DNA from: Nitrospirota bacterium
GTDB taxonomy: Bacteria > Nitrospirota > UBA9217
Reading direction: 5' to 3'
Assembly: GCA_963751455.1 (NCBI GenBank)
Contig: CAVVUN010000001.1
Span: forward strand, 64,001 to 128,000
DNA: 64,000 bases
The notes beneath the pieces were generated by a model that saw only the letters and a program-made list of their open reading frames with translations, made no database searches and had not been told where the DNA came from. The translations under genes and the position numbers were made by a program. Numbering within the stretch: the first letter of the stretch is position 1; the number at the start of each line of letters is the position of its first letter. This document shows positions 21,759 through 31,964 of this stretch, in pieces.

Positions 21759-24700
21759 TTAATTTGCCTTTTTGTACGGATTAGGATAACTAATTGTCCA
21801 ATTATAAGGTACATATGGATAGGGATGTCCACCGCGAAACTCACCGCCTGGGCCCATTCTATCATTATTGAATCCAGTTATATCCCAGACCCCGTCTTGA
21901 GTGAAACCGCTAAAATCCGTTAAACAATATTTTGATCCACACGTACTCGAATAATCTACACGAGTATTTCCAACATGAAACATCGATAATGTCATATTTA
22001 CTCCATAATCACCTGATAGTGATGTTGTTACACCATTTCGAATTCTACCTTCACGTCTTAGTTGTTCAGAATCATTTCTTAATAAACTTTGGGTTCTAGG
22101 ACCCAAGTTCGCAGGTTCACCGTTTCCGCCATAATAGTGTGCCTTTGCTTCCGCATTAGAATCAATTGTTATATTTGACCGATTAGTATTTTTCGAAGCC
22201 AAATCGACCTTCTGACCTATTTGTAATTTGGTTGGATCGCCTTTAAAATCTGAACGTTCCCAGTCTTTGCCGGTTTCTTGCTGCAAGCCCCATAAAGTAT
22301 CGCCCTTTTCAGCAACAAAACTTCCATCGCCATTATCAATCCACATGCCATTTGGGTCGATGTATTTCAACGGATTTAAGCCAGCATATTGATACATATT
22401 CAAATTTTGTGATTTAAATATCCCACCACCACCCTTTAAGCTACCCGCGTTCAACGCTTCTTCCGGAGACAACTGCGTCCCTATGGGGAGATATTCAGGC
22501 AACGCCGGATCCGCACTGATCCACTTGGAGAGCACCGCATCATAGTACCGTGCTCCATAATAGTACAGCCCTGTCTCGGGGTCAAGCTCCTTGCCCGTGA
22601 ACTTGTATCCAGGCGTATTTCCACCGTAATAACCGCCCTCCTCGATCCACGTCTCCCCGTACGGGAAGTATTCGAGATGCTGATACACCGCCCCGTAGGC
22701 GTCAGTGATCATGTTGCTCGATCCCAGATGGTCGGTGTGGTAGTAGAACTCATCCTTCTCGATAGGCTGGTTCACGCCGGTTACGTATCCGTCAGGCAGT
22801 CTTTTGATGATACCGAGCTTCTTTCCTCTGCCGTTGTCCAGCCCGTTTATACCGGGTGTGGTCGTTGTCGTAACCGAGGTAACGTTCGATGTTGTGGACG
22901 TAACCGTTGTAGCGCTGTTTGCGGTGTTCGTAGGCGGCGTCTTGACGAGCTTGGAAACCACTCTGGTTCCGCCTGCGTACACTTGCTTGGTGCCGAGTTC
23001 GCCGCTTCGTATGGAGAAGAACTTGTTGACATAGATGGTCTCTCCATGCTGGCCGCGTTTCACCACTCGCTCGCCTGCGTCGTTATATAGGAAGTATGTC
23101 GCCTTACCGTTGTCGTCTATCTCTTTGACGCGGTTCTCTTCGTCCCACGTAATCACTCTTCTGGTGCCGTTGAGCTTGCTGGTCCAACCCGTCATATTGC
23201 CGTTTGCGTCGTAGGTGTAATTCTTATCGTCTGTTTCCGTGACCGCGTGAGGCTTGGTGCTGTGGCCCGTCATGTACTGATAACTGAGCACGTAGTTGGT
23301 TTCTTTGGGCAGTATCTCTGTTGTTGACGGCTGGATGATCTTGTTCTCCAGCTTCTTCTTAGTGAAGTTCCCGATTGTGTCGTACATGAACCGGTTATGA
23401 TATTCGTTCTGCTTGCCGGGTCCGAATGTGTACTTGCCCTGTGCGTCGACGATCTGGTACAGGTCGTCGTATTCATATTCCTGTATTACGGGTCCTGCCG
23501 GCAGGGCGGTGTTAGTCGGCACGCCGATGTTGTTGGTAAGAGATTTAATGTTTCCGACCAGATCATAACCGTAGGAAAGCTTCTGGACCTGCTGCCCGTT
23601 GCTAAGTGTTGTGTCGAGCGTAGCCAGTCTGCGATTCAATTCATTGTAAGTGTACTTCGACCAGGTGCGGTTGCCGTAGGTGATCCGGGTCCTCTGGCCG
23701 AATTTGTCATACAGAAGTAAGTTGATGTAGTTGTATCGGTTCCCGCTCTTCTCTCCCCATGCTTCCTTTAACAATCCTCCGTGGTCATAGGCGTAATGGA
23801 GCTTTTCGCCGTCGGGATAGGTCATGTCGACCATCCTGCCGAAGGAATCAAAGACGTAGTCTGTGCTGAACTTCTTTTTCTGGACGGCAGGAGTATGCGC
23901 AAGAACTGTTTTTTCTTCTCGTGTTATTTCTCCAAGTTTGCCGTAATAGCGCGCTTCCTGACCGGACTCGTCGTCGACTATCTTGATTCGGGCTGCGCGG
24001 TTATAGGCTTCTTCCATTTCCCCGTAGGTGTACGTTACGTAGTCCGCCTTCCCGTTGTAGTCGATGGCCATCAACCGGTTAAAGTCATATTTATAAGTGA
24101 TCTTGTCGTTTTTGGCAGTAAATTTCGTTATAAGATTGCCGTTATTGTCGTAGTTGTACACGGTCCTGCCCGTATCCGGGTTCGTTATGGCTGTCCGGCG
24201 GCCGAGATCGTCGTATTCAACCGATGTCACGTTCCCCCTGTTGTCGACAACCGTCGCAATCTGTCCGAGGGAATCGTAGTTGTAGGTCGTTACAAGCCGT
24301 ACCCACGTAGTCGCGGTATCCTGGATCCAGTTATATTCCACGACTCCGATGATCCGGTCGTCCACGTCTTTATACGAGATCTTGGTGCCACGATGATTTG
24401 CCCCGTTTAGGTTGCCTTCGGGATCCACGACAGTGGTCATCGCATAGAGGCGACCGTTGAACTCTCCGAAAGTGTATGTGGTCGTGGTCCGGGCCAACTT
24501 ATTCGGCACTGCCTTTTCGTCGGGCGCCAGCACCTCGATTGTCCGATCCAAGGCGTCGTGCGCAAAGTACGTGGGGTTCAGGCTACCAGTATAACGAACA
24601 TAATTTTCTCCGGTAGCAGTTTCAAAGTTCGGCTGGCCTTGCTGCTCCACGCGCCCCAGTTCGTCAAATTTGAGCACCCCGGAAATGGTTATGCCTTTTT

Positions 24701-27700
24701 GCGGATTGCCCTCGCCGGCGTCGACATCGGCATCCTTGCTGATCTGGATGATCCGCTTCATGCCGTCGGCAAACGTGATCGTCCTGACGATGAAGGCGTC
24801 GCTTCCTTTCACCGAAACTGCCTTGTTTTTAGTGACCGCTCCGGCCGGTTTTGGAGAATTCTCGTCTGTATCGTTGTCGTCTCCTTGAAGATCCGGACCT
24901 GTAAATTTGAAGGCAATTGTAGGCTTCGGGTTACTGTCTGGAGTATTTCCTATAGTTCCTGAGGCAACGCCGGCGCAGACAGGGATATCGCCCACGACAA
25001 CGTCATAGGGACTGCATACCGCGACTGTGCGGCCGAATTCGTCGTACAGGTTCACTTGATAATTGTGGTTCAGGTCCTGCGTCCAGTCAGGCTGCCCGAA
25101 GAGAACGTTGTGGCTGGATGTCGAATAATAAGATGCGTTCGCCTTTTCCGAGAAGTTATCCAAAATCTTCGTAACATACGTCTCAACGAGCGGGTCATAG
25201 AAGTATTCAAGTTTATAAAGAACAGGGTCTTTGATAGCGTGAAGATTTCCGTTGGGGTAATACTCCATGACCCAGTGTGATTCCGGACCCTTCGTATTAT
25301 GCAGAATGACGTCCGTCATATTGCCCGCGCTGTCGTAACCCGCCCACCTCCATCGAAGCGGATTAACGTTACCTGATCCGTACACCTTGATCTCCTGCGA
25401 CTTGATAATATAATTAGTGGGATCAATGTAATAGTCGATCGTTGCGGTCACGTCGTCGCTGGGATCGCTCGTCGGGTACTCCTCGCCTGCATCAAAAAAC
25501 CACTTTACATCGCCGTGTTCGTTGTACAGGAAGGCCTGGTAGGTGCTCTTCCTGCCGGTCTCGCTTTCTGATGAACCGTCAAAGAAGTTCGTTATAGTCT
25601 TGCTCAGACCCGGGAAAATTGTGTCCGGAATCGGATCGGTTTTGTCCATAACCTGCAGCAGGTCATGGATATTCTCGACTTTCGACCAGACATTGCCCGC
25701 ATATCCCTTCATCATATCTTTTGTTACTGTTGTCTGGAGCAATCCTTTCCGATAGTAGTCGCTGTTGTAGTAGGTCTGAATAACCTGTCTCGCGATATTC
25801 TTTCGGGCAGGATTGTTAATTGTTTCAGGCGCGTAGGTCTCAGTCACTGTCCTGAAGCCGTAGAATTCGCGCTCGTAGCGGTCCTGGTACCCGCCTGCGT
25901 AGGCATAGTCGTTCCTGTAGGTGTTCCGCATGCCGTTTGTGGTTTTGACCCTGCTCATGACCCACTGGCTCTGGGGCATATCGTAGGTGTTGCCCACGCG
26001 TTCGTATTCGATCTCGAGCTTCCCGCCCAGCGGCCTCTTGACCGTTTTGAGCAGGTTGCTCCGGCCGGTCGTATTCAACGCCACGGTCAGGCTTTTTTCA
26101 GTCGTGCTCGATATCTGGTCCGGATAGCCGTCGCCGTTCACGTCCTGGATGGCGCTCTCGGCCCGCGCAGTGTTCTCTGATTTGCTGACGGCCGGGTTCA
26201 GATCGATGTAACAGGCCGCGATGCAGATCGGGCCTATCGTAATGTTGAAGGCGAAGCCGCCGTTCTTGCTGAAGCTCTGATTGTCGCCCAGACTGCCGCC
26301 TCCGGTCCACACCCGTGCCGGAGCGAACTTATTGCCGGTGTTGATGGCGACCAAAAGCGCGCCGCTGCCTTCAAGTACGAGGTCCGGGAGCCCATCGCCG
26401 TTCATGTCGACGAACTTCTGGTGGGTGTTGCCGAGACTCTGGGTCAGCGAATAACTTCCGGAGTAGCCCTTGACGCCGTCGTTAAAGCTCATACTGACGC
26501 CCGCATTTATGTATGTTGTCTCGCTGTCGTCGATCACACCCACGTTCCAGGTCTCCTCAGGCGCAAATTCATAACCCAGGTTCAGTGCTACGCGCCCGTT
26601 GTCAGTCACTTTGTCAGGCAAGCCGTCGCCGTTCATGTCCAGGTAGTCTGCCTTGACGTCATTGTCACGGGATCCCAGGCTTCCGGTCAATCCGAAGCTG
26701 GAGTTTTTGCTCCTCGGTTGGGCCACTCCGTCCTTCGGGTTGAACAGGCCCTTGGCGCTTGCTACTGCCTGCTGGACCGTGCCGCCGGGGGCGATATTGT
26801 CCGCTGTTGAAAGCGAATCGCGGACATAAGAAATTCCGGTACTGCCGACCTTGCCCGTTGCGTCGCCCAGGCCGCCGACCATGTTCGTGTACTGAATGCT
26901 GTTTCCGCCCACCATATCCGGGAACCGGTCGCCGTTCATGTCCATGAAATCGAGCAGACCCTGACCCGGGGTTTCGGTATGGTTGATGTTGATAATAAAT
27001 CCGATTCCATAGGTCTCCTCGAGTTCGACGATGCTCATGCGCGGCGGGGCGGTCGCGCCTGCGCCGCCGCTCGGCACGCCCGGGGCCTCGCTCTTGAGTT
27101 CATCCGCCCGCGGCAGGTGCACGTTGTTCAGGCCCATGCGCGAGGATTGCATCCGGCCTGCCTTAACGCCCCAATCGTCGTCGCCTGCGAACCAGCGTTT
27201 CTTTTCCAGCTGCGGCGCTGCAGGATAGGCCGTGAAATCCTTGACGCGCTTGCTTCGTGCCTCGTCGTGGTCTGTCGGCACCTCGTAGGAGCCCTCATTC
27301 GAGGGGAGTGCGAGCCGCGACTGGACGATAGGCTGGTCTTTCAGATCAATGTCGTTGTACGTGCCCTGGCTGTTGTAACCGGCGAAAGCCCATCCCCGAT
27401 AGGAATTGGCAAAAAGATCCCAGTAGCCGTACCTGTGCAGCATCGAAGACGGGGTAGCGGCAGGTGCATATCCGTTTGTGTGACGACGGATCTGCGTCCA
27501 GAGGCCCCAGCCGAGGTTGAGACCCGCGAGTTCGCTATCCTCACTCGTGAAATACATCACCAATGTATCGTTAGCCTGCGCATCGACGTCGAACGTATAT
27601 TCACCGGGATTGAACCGTTTGCCCGTAAGCGCAACAGGCTTCTGTGCGATGGTCTGTTCCTGTACCTGGGGCTTGCCTTCGGAGTCTATTACGATGAAGC

Positions 27701-30700
27701 GGCGTACCACTGTGAGGGTTGCGTTGCCGCTGACATTCTTGACCAACTCGCTGTTTTTCGTGATGACCGGGGCGATCGCCACTTTTGCCGCGCTGCCGCC
27801 TACCGGAAGCAGTGCTTTGCCGGTGTCGGTCAAGGTTGGACCAGTAAAGAGCTCAAGGCCGTTGAACTGCTGCTGACTCTCGGCAAATGCGGTCTGTACA
27901 GCGATCGTCACTGCATGAGTCTCTATAGCGGACGCAAGGTCAGCATTTTCAATCGAATAACTGAAAGCAAACGTGCCGTATGAATAATCCGGTAGATCGA
28001 AAGCGTTTTCATACGGATTAAAGGCGGCTTGAGTATCAAAATCAATGCGGCGATTGAAGACGTTGGCGCTTACAGCAACGCCGCTCTCGTCTTCACTTAT
28101 GTATGAAACGTTTAGCACCACCGTGCCGCTAATCGGGTCGGAACCGGCCTTCGCGGTCAATATGGGCAGTACTGTCTTGGTGCCTGCGGCGACGGCCCAC
28201 TCGGTAACCGTGGGCTTGTTGACTGGAACGCTATTCAATGTCGTCGTGTAAGAGGGCTTGATGTAGTGAACGCTGACACCAGTGCTCTCGAGCGTGTTAT
28301 ACAGTTCCGTATCCCTGGTGCTGAAGTCGAAGAAGAGCTTGTCTCCGTTGTAGACCGGCACCGCGAAGCTCTGTTGATGTGTTTCGTACTCACTGAGAGC
28401 GGAGAAGGACAAGGTGCGTTTGCCAGCAAGCTCGCCGCGCTGCTTCACGGTAAATGACAGTTCAGTATCATGCTGGAACAAATTTTTCCAGGAGGTCACA
28501 CCAAATATATCGTCTATGGGCACGGGCTTCGGCGTAACCTGCGGATTGACCATTAACCAGCCGGTTTGGTTGGCGACGAGTGCTTGCTGCGCCTGGTTCA
28601 GATCATTATCAGGATAGAAATTCATTTCCTGCATCGGGAAGATCTGGATCACATAATTGCCGTCCTCATCCTGAACAGGCATGGAGCTTCCCGGGTCCCA
28701 GCCGACTGTATTGCCATCTTTGTCCTTGATCGGATTGCCGTCTTCGTCCTCCGGCTGATCCGTTGTCCGGTATGCCTCGGTATAGAATATTTGAAGCCTA
28801 TTATTCGGGTTGTCTTGCTCCCAATTGAGTTTTGTCAGGTCTATATTTGAGTCGACCTCGACAATGATGAACAGTTTGTCCTTCGCCTGCACATCGATAT
28901 CGGGAGTATTGCTCAGGTCTATGTCTCCTATTTGATCCCATTGCAGTGAATACCGGGCGATAGGTTCACGACGGGTATGGATCAACGTAAAGACGCGCCG
29001 TGCATCCTTGAACTGAGACTGATATTCGTCATCACTGAACTTGTAGACGGAGATGCGGACGTTATCGCTGGTCGCATCGGTCTTATGAAGCTGACCGATC
29101 AATCGGACCCTGCCCTTGAACGGCAGTTCCATAGGGCTGACGCGTCCGGCATAAACAAAGTCCTGGTCGGCCTTAAAGACATACGGATCGAGATTATTCC
29201 CGTCTCTCGTGTCCACTGGCGCGGCGCCGCCTTCGGTCGTTTCAAGGTAGCTGACCCGTGGGGCCCAGTTTACTTCGTCGTAAGCTCCGTCAAACTGCGA
29301 TTGTACCCTGAAGTAGATCACATCGCCTTTGTTCACCGTGAGTGAATCGGTGTTCGTCGGCGTGATACTCGAAAAGAAATCGTGCTCAATGTCCTGCTGC
29401 CACAAGGCAGCGCTCAAACCGGGCCGCTCTATTCCTACGCGCACACCGTCCGCTTTCTCGTACTTCTCCCGGTCCTTTTTCTCATCTTCTGTGGCATTCG
29501 GATCGTTCATGACATCGATCAACTGCACGTCGCCGTCTATCGCAATACGGCCGGAATACGGAGCTTTCCACCGGCGCACCACGTCCATCAGCGGGTTCTC
29601 TTCCATGAGATCGTTTTCAATGCTTGCAAACGTGTCTTCAGGAAGCATGCCTGTCGGATCGACTTTGCCTCCGCCGATCGGGAATTCGGTGCCCGCGCTC
29701 GTTGAAGAAAATTCCGGAGTGTGGTCGCCATGCGTCTTGTCTTTCCAGCGATTGAACAAAACCGTCCCGTTGCTGACGACATCGATGAGACCGTCTCCGT
29801 TCACATCCGAAATGTAGGTCGGCTGCATCGTGAAATTGGTGGCAAGATCAAGGATAAGGTTCAGGCCAAAAATATAGGCCTGGCCGCCGCCGTTGAAATT
29901 CATGGTCTGGTCCTGGGACAGCGCTCCCATATTTGCGGCTTCTTGCGGCTCTGCAAACGTAATATGCTGTGACGGGAGCGAACCCGCCGTTACCGTATTG
30001 CGGTCATAAAATATTTTTTGTCCCTTGCGAAAGACTTTGTCGGACAATCCGTCGCCGTCGATGTCCACCAGCTGAAGTGTCCCTTCGCTGGTGCTCATGC
30101 CGCTTCCCACCATCCCGTTGAATGAAAGATACTTGGTCGGCGGCGGAGCGAAGCCGACCGAGAAAGAACTTCCGAAACCCTCGCCCTCGCTGCCGCTGAT
30201 CGCGCTGGGGCCCGCAGACACTCCCAGATAATTTACGTCCAGACCGTCGGTCCTTGTGTCCCAGGTCGTGCTGCCGGAAAAGCCGTTATAGACGGGGCCG
30301 TCAGAGATGTCGTCGTAATAAGCAAAATTATGCGTATTAAATAGAGTTCCCTTCGCACCGAACTGGCTGACCGACTGGAGCAGTGTTTTATGGAATACCC
30401 CCTCTTGATACTCAAAGTCGTAGCGGCGTATCAGGGTTGCGTCGAATTTCACCTCTATGCGCTTCAAAAGAAGCGCTGTTACCTGCTTGAACCCTCCGCG
30501 AGCATCGATGATCACGTCAGAGCGCCGCACATAGGGCCTGCCGGGGATTACAACTTCGTTGTCGCGGTAGAATGTGACGGTATACCGCCCAGGCGTGGTT
30601 CCATGACCGGTATAGGTAATCTTCCTAAGATACAGTTGTCGTCCGGCCACGGTGCCTGCGTCAACGCCCGTGTCTGTCACGAGGTCGTAGTCGTATGTCA

Positions 30701-31964
30701 TGTAATTGTTGTTCGCATCCCTGACTTCGCGGAGCGCCCAGCGGTAGATATCCAGATCATCGTCCGTCAGTATCGAGCTTGCGTCCGGTCCTGCGGCAAG
30801 GGTGCCGCCGTAAACATAACGGGTTCCATTTTTGTCGGTGACTTCCCACCAGTAGTTGTTTGGCTGCGTGCCGTGCCGGATGATCTTTCTAAACTGTCCC
30901 TCCACGCGCGCATGGAACACTTTTTCTGAAGTGCGGGGCTGAAGTTGTCCTCTGTGCGCCAAAGGCGTAAGCTGTTCGCCGTCCAGAAGATAGGTCTCCG
31001 TCTCCATGTTTGACGTGGGAGAGTCATCGTATGTGGAATCGTAGCGTGGAACACCCCAGCGGGTATCTATCGTGATAGACTGGGCGGGCAGGTCCCATCC
31101 TACGCCCATCCAACCGTTGCCGCCGGAGGAATTGTACTGGACCGCCATGTTCGGCTGGACTTTATTCCTTCCCGGCGGGACCTCTATGGGGTAGCTGAGG
31201 TTGGCCGTGCCTTTACTGTTTGCCTTCGGCGGTTCAATGAGATTGACGCTGGCCGACGGGTCCGCGGCCTTGATGTCCTTTATCGAGTTTGGATTGAAGG
31301 ACAATGCCTGCGGATGCTCCGGCACCACCAGCGTCGAGTTGATGATGTCGGTAAAGTGATCGCTCTGCGATTCCACAATGGACAGGGCAGCGTCAACTTT
31401 CATACGGTTCAGTTTCTGCCACCGGAGGAACTTTTCGTCGTAATAGTACATGTTCACTTCATCATCCACCTGGCCGGCGGCAAATAGCTGTTTGGAATAG
31501 CCAAATGATACTTTGATGGGCTTCAGGAACTTCATGCCGTGGGGCAAGAAGCGGTAACCCGCGTCAGGGAAGGTCACGTTTACCATGCCCGGGTCGAAAC
31601 GGGCAAGATCTGGTTCGGTAAGCGGGATGATCGTGATGTCTGTGTCCTTATCCACAGCGCCCTCGGGTATGTCCAGAGTAACGCCTTTGTATTGGATCTT
31701 TTTTGCCTGGCCGGGGCTTACCCGGTCGGAGAATTTTTCCCGATTATCAGCAAATGGGGCATTGCCCCTGGTTTCACTTTTTGGCTCTGCCGACTGGATA
31801 CTGCCTGAATTTTTATTCAGGTGCAAAATATAGTTGGCACCAGGTTGTCCGGCATATTCCGATTTGATAACCGGGTCCCATGCTTCATCATCAGGCTGAA
31901 CGGAAAAATGAGTTTCATCCTTGGCAAGCGAAACGCTAAAGGAACTATCGGTATTAGATAGCAT
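21759..31964 (-). CDS. RHS-1: giant ZU5-SpvB-FG-GAP-TcdB_mid-RHS polymorphic toxin (main ORF) with LysM and toxin tip
   Basis: ZU5 (GVTLDIPEGAV..RFLPHGMKF..DHFT); SpvB (GTANLSYPIEVPPGR..QYNSSGGNGWMGVGW); many DxNGDGLxD repeats; YD repeats; core YHTDHLGS..YFPYGE..FTGKELDPETGLYYYGARYY..NPLKYIDPNG. Confidence 0.95.
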   Translation of the reverse strand: MLSNTDSSFSVSLAKDETHFSVQPDDEAWDPVIKSEYAGQPGANYILHLNKNSGSIQSAEPKSETRGNAPFADNREKFSDRVSPGQAKKIQYKGVTLDIPEGAVDKDTDITIIPLTEPDLARFDPGMVNVTFPDAGYRFLPHGMKFLKPIKVSFGYSKQLFAAGQVDDEVNMYYYDEKFLRWQKLNRMKVDAALSIVESQSDHFTDIINSTLVVPEHPQALSFNPNSIKDIKAADPSASVNLIEPPKANSKGTANLSYPIEVPPGRNKVQPNMAVQYNSSGGNGWMGVGWDLPAQSITIDTRWGVPRYDSTYDDSPTSNMETETYLLDGEQLTPLAHRGQLQPRTSEKVFHARVEGQFRKIIRHGTQPNNYWWEVTDKNGTRYVYGGTLAAGPDASSILTDDDLDIYRWALREVRDANNNYMTYDYDLVTDTGVDAGTVAGRQLYLRKITYTGHGTTPGRYTVTFYRDNEVVIPGRPYVRRSDVIIDARGGFKQVTALLLKRIEVKFDATLIRRYDFEYQEGVFHKTLLQSVSQFGAKGTLFNTHNFAYYDDISDGPVYNGFSGSTTWDTRTDGLDVNYLGVSAGPSAISGSEGEGFGSSFSVGFAPPPTKYLSFNGMVGSGMSTSEGTLQLVDIDGDGLSDKVFRKGQKIFYDRNTVTAGSLPSQHITFAEPQEAANMGALSQDQTMNFNGGGQAYIFGLNLILDLATNFTMQPTYISDVNGDGLIDVVSNGTVLFNRWKDKTHGDHTPEFSSTSAGTEFPIGGGKVDPTGMLPEDTFASIENDLMEENPLMDVVRRWKAPYSGRIAIDGDVQLIDVMNDPNATEDEKKDREKYEKADGVRVGIERPGLSAALWQQDIEHDFFSSITPTNTDSLTVNKGDVIYFRVQSQFDGAYDEVNWAPRVSYLETTEGGAAPVDTRDGNNLDPYVFKADQDFVYAGRVSPMELPFKGRVRLIGQLHKTDATSDNVRISVYKFSDDEYQSQFKDARRVFTLIHTRREPIARYSLQWDQIGDIDLSNTPDIDVQAKDKLFIIVEVDSNIDLTKLNWEQDNPNNRLQIFYTEAYRTTDQPEDEDGNPIKDKDGNTVGWDPGSSMPVQDEDGNYVIQIFPMQEMNFYPDNDLNQAQQALVANQTGWLMVNPQVTPKPVPIDDIFGVTSWKNLFQHDTELSFTVKQRGELAGKRTLSFSALSEYETHQQSFAVPVYNGDKLFFDFSTRDTELYNTLESTGVSVHYIKPSYTTTLNSVPVNKPTVTEWAVAAGTKTVLPILTAKAGSDPISGTVVLNVSYISEDESGVAVSANVFNRRIDFDTQAAFNPYENAFDLPDYSYGTFAFSYSIENADLASAIETHAVTIAVQTAFAESQQQFNGLELFTGPTLTDTGKALLPVGGSAAKVAIAPVITKNSELVKNVSGNATLTVVRRFIVIDSEGKPQVQEQTIAQKPVALTGKRFNPGEYTFDVDAQANDTLVMYFTSEDSELAGLNLGWGLWTQIRRHTNGYAPAATPSSMLHRYGYWDLFANSYRGWAFAGYNSQGTYNDIDLKDQPIVQSRLALPSNEGSYEVPTDHDEARSKRVKDFTAYPAAPQLEKKRWFAGDDDWGVKAGRMQSSRMGLNNVHLPRADELKSEAPGVPSGGAGATAPPRMSIVELEETYGIGFIININHTETPGQGLLDFMDMNGDRFPDMVGGNSIQYTNMVGGLGDATGKVGSTGISYVRDSLSTADNIAPGGTVQQAVASAKGLFNPKDGVAQPRSKNSSFGLTGSLGSRDNDVKADYLDMNGDGLPDKVTDNGRVALNLGYEFAPEETWNVGVIDDSETTYINAGVSMSFNDGVKGYSGSYSLTQSLGNTHQKFVDMNGDGLPDLVLEGSGALLVAINTGNKFAPARVWTGGGSLGDNQSFSKNGGFAFNITIGPICIAACYIDLNPAVSKSENTARAESAIQDVNGDGYPDQISSTTEKSLTVALNTTGRSNLLKTVKRPLGGKLEIEYERVGNTYDMPQSQWVMSRVKTTNGMRNTYRNDYAYAGGYQDRYEREFYGFRTVTETYAPETINNPARKNIARQVIQTYYNSDYYRKGLLQTTVTKDMMKGYAGNVWSKVENIHDLLQVMDKTDPIPDTIFPGLSKTITNFFDGSSESETGRKSTYQAFLYNEHGDVKWFFDAGEEYPTSDPSDDVTATIDYYIDPTNYIIKSQEIKVYGSGNVNPLRWRWAGYDSAGNMTDVILHNTKGPESHWVMEYYPNGNLHAIKDPVLYKLEYFYDPLVETYVTKILDNFSEKANASYYSTSSHNVLFGQPDWTQDLNHNYQVNLYDEFGRTVAVCSPYDVVVGDIPVCAGVASGTIGNTPDSNPKPTIAFKFTGPDLQGDDNDTDENSPKPAGAVTKNKAVSVKGSDAFIVRTITFADGMKRIIQISKDADVDAGEGNPQKGITISGVLKFDELGRVEQQGQPNFETATGENYVRYTGSLNPTYFAHDALDRTIEVLAPDEKAVPNKLARTTTTYTFGEFNGRLYAMTTVVDPEGNLNGANHRGTKISYKDVDDRIIGVVEYNWIQDTATTWVRLVTTYNYDSLGQIATVVDNRGNVTSVEYDDLGRRTAITNPDTGRTVYNYDNNGNLITKFTAKNDKITYKYDFNRLMAIDYNGKADYVTYTYGEMEEAYNRAARIKIVDDESGQEARYYGKLGEITREEKTVLAHTPAVQKKKFSTDYVFDSFGRMVDMTYPDGEKLHYAYDHGGLLKEAWGEKSGNRYNYINLLLYDKFGQRTRITYGNRTWSKYTYNELNRRLATLDTTLSNGQQVQKLSYGYDLVGNIKSLTNNIGVPTNTALPAGPVIQEYEYDDLYQIVDAQGKYTFGPGKQNEYHNRFMYDTIGNFTKKKLENKIIQPSTTEILPKETNYVLSYQYMTGHSTKPHAVTETDDKNYTYDANGNMTGWTSKLNGTRRVITWDEENRVKEIDDNGKATYFLYNDAGERVVKRGQHGETIYVNKFFSIRSGELGTKQVYAGGTRVVSKLVKTPPTNTANSATTVTSTTSNVTSVTTTTTPGINGLDNGRGKKLGIIKRLPDGYVTGVNQPIEKDEFYYHTDHLGSSNMITDAYGAVYQHLEYFPYGETWIEEGGYYGGNTPGYKFTGKELDPETGLYYYGARYYDAVLSKWISADPALPEYLPIGTQLSPEEALNAGSLKGGGGIFKSQNLNMYQYAGLNPLKYIDPNGMWIDNGDGSFVAEKGDTLWGLQQETGKDWERSDFKGDPTKLQIGQKVDLASKNTNRSNITIDSNAEAKAHYYGGNGEPANLGPRTQSLLRNDSEQLRREGRIRNGVTTSLSGDYGVNMTLSMFHVGNTRVDYSSTCGSKYCLTDFSGFTQDGVWDITGFNNDRMGPGGEFRGGHPYPYVPYNWTISYPNPYKKAN

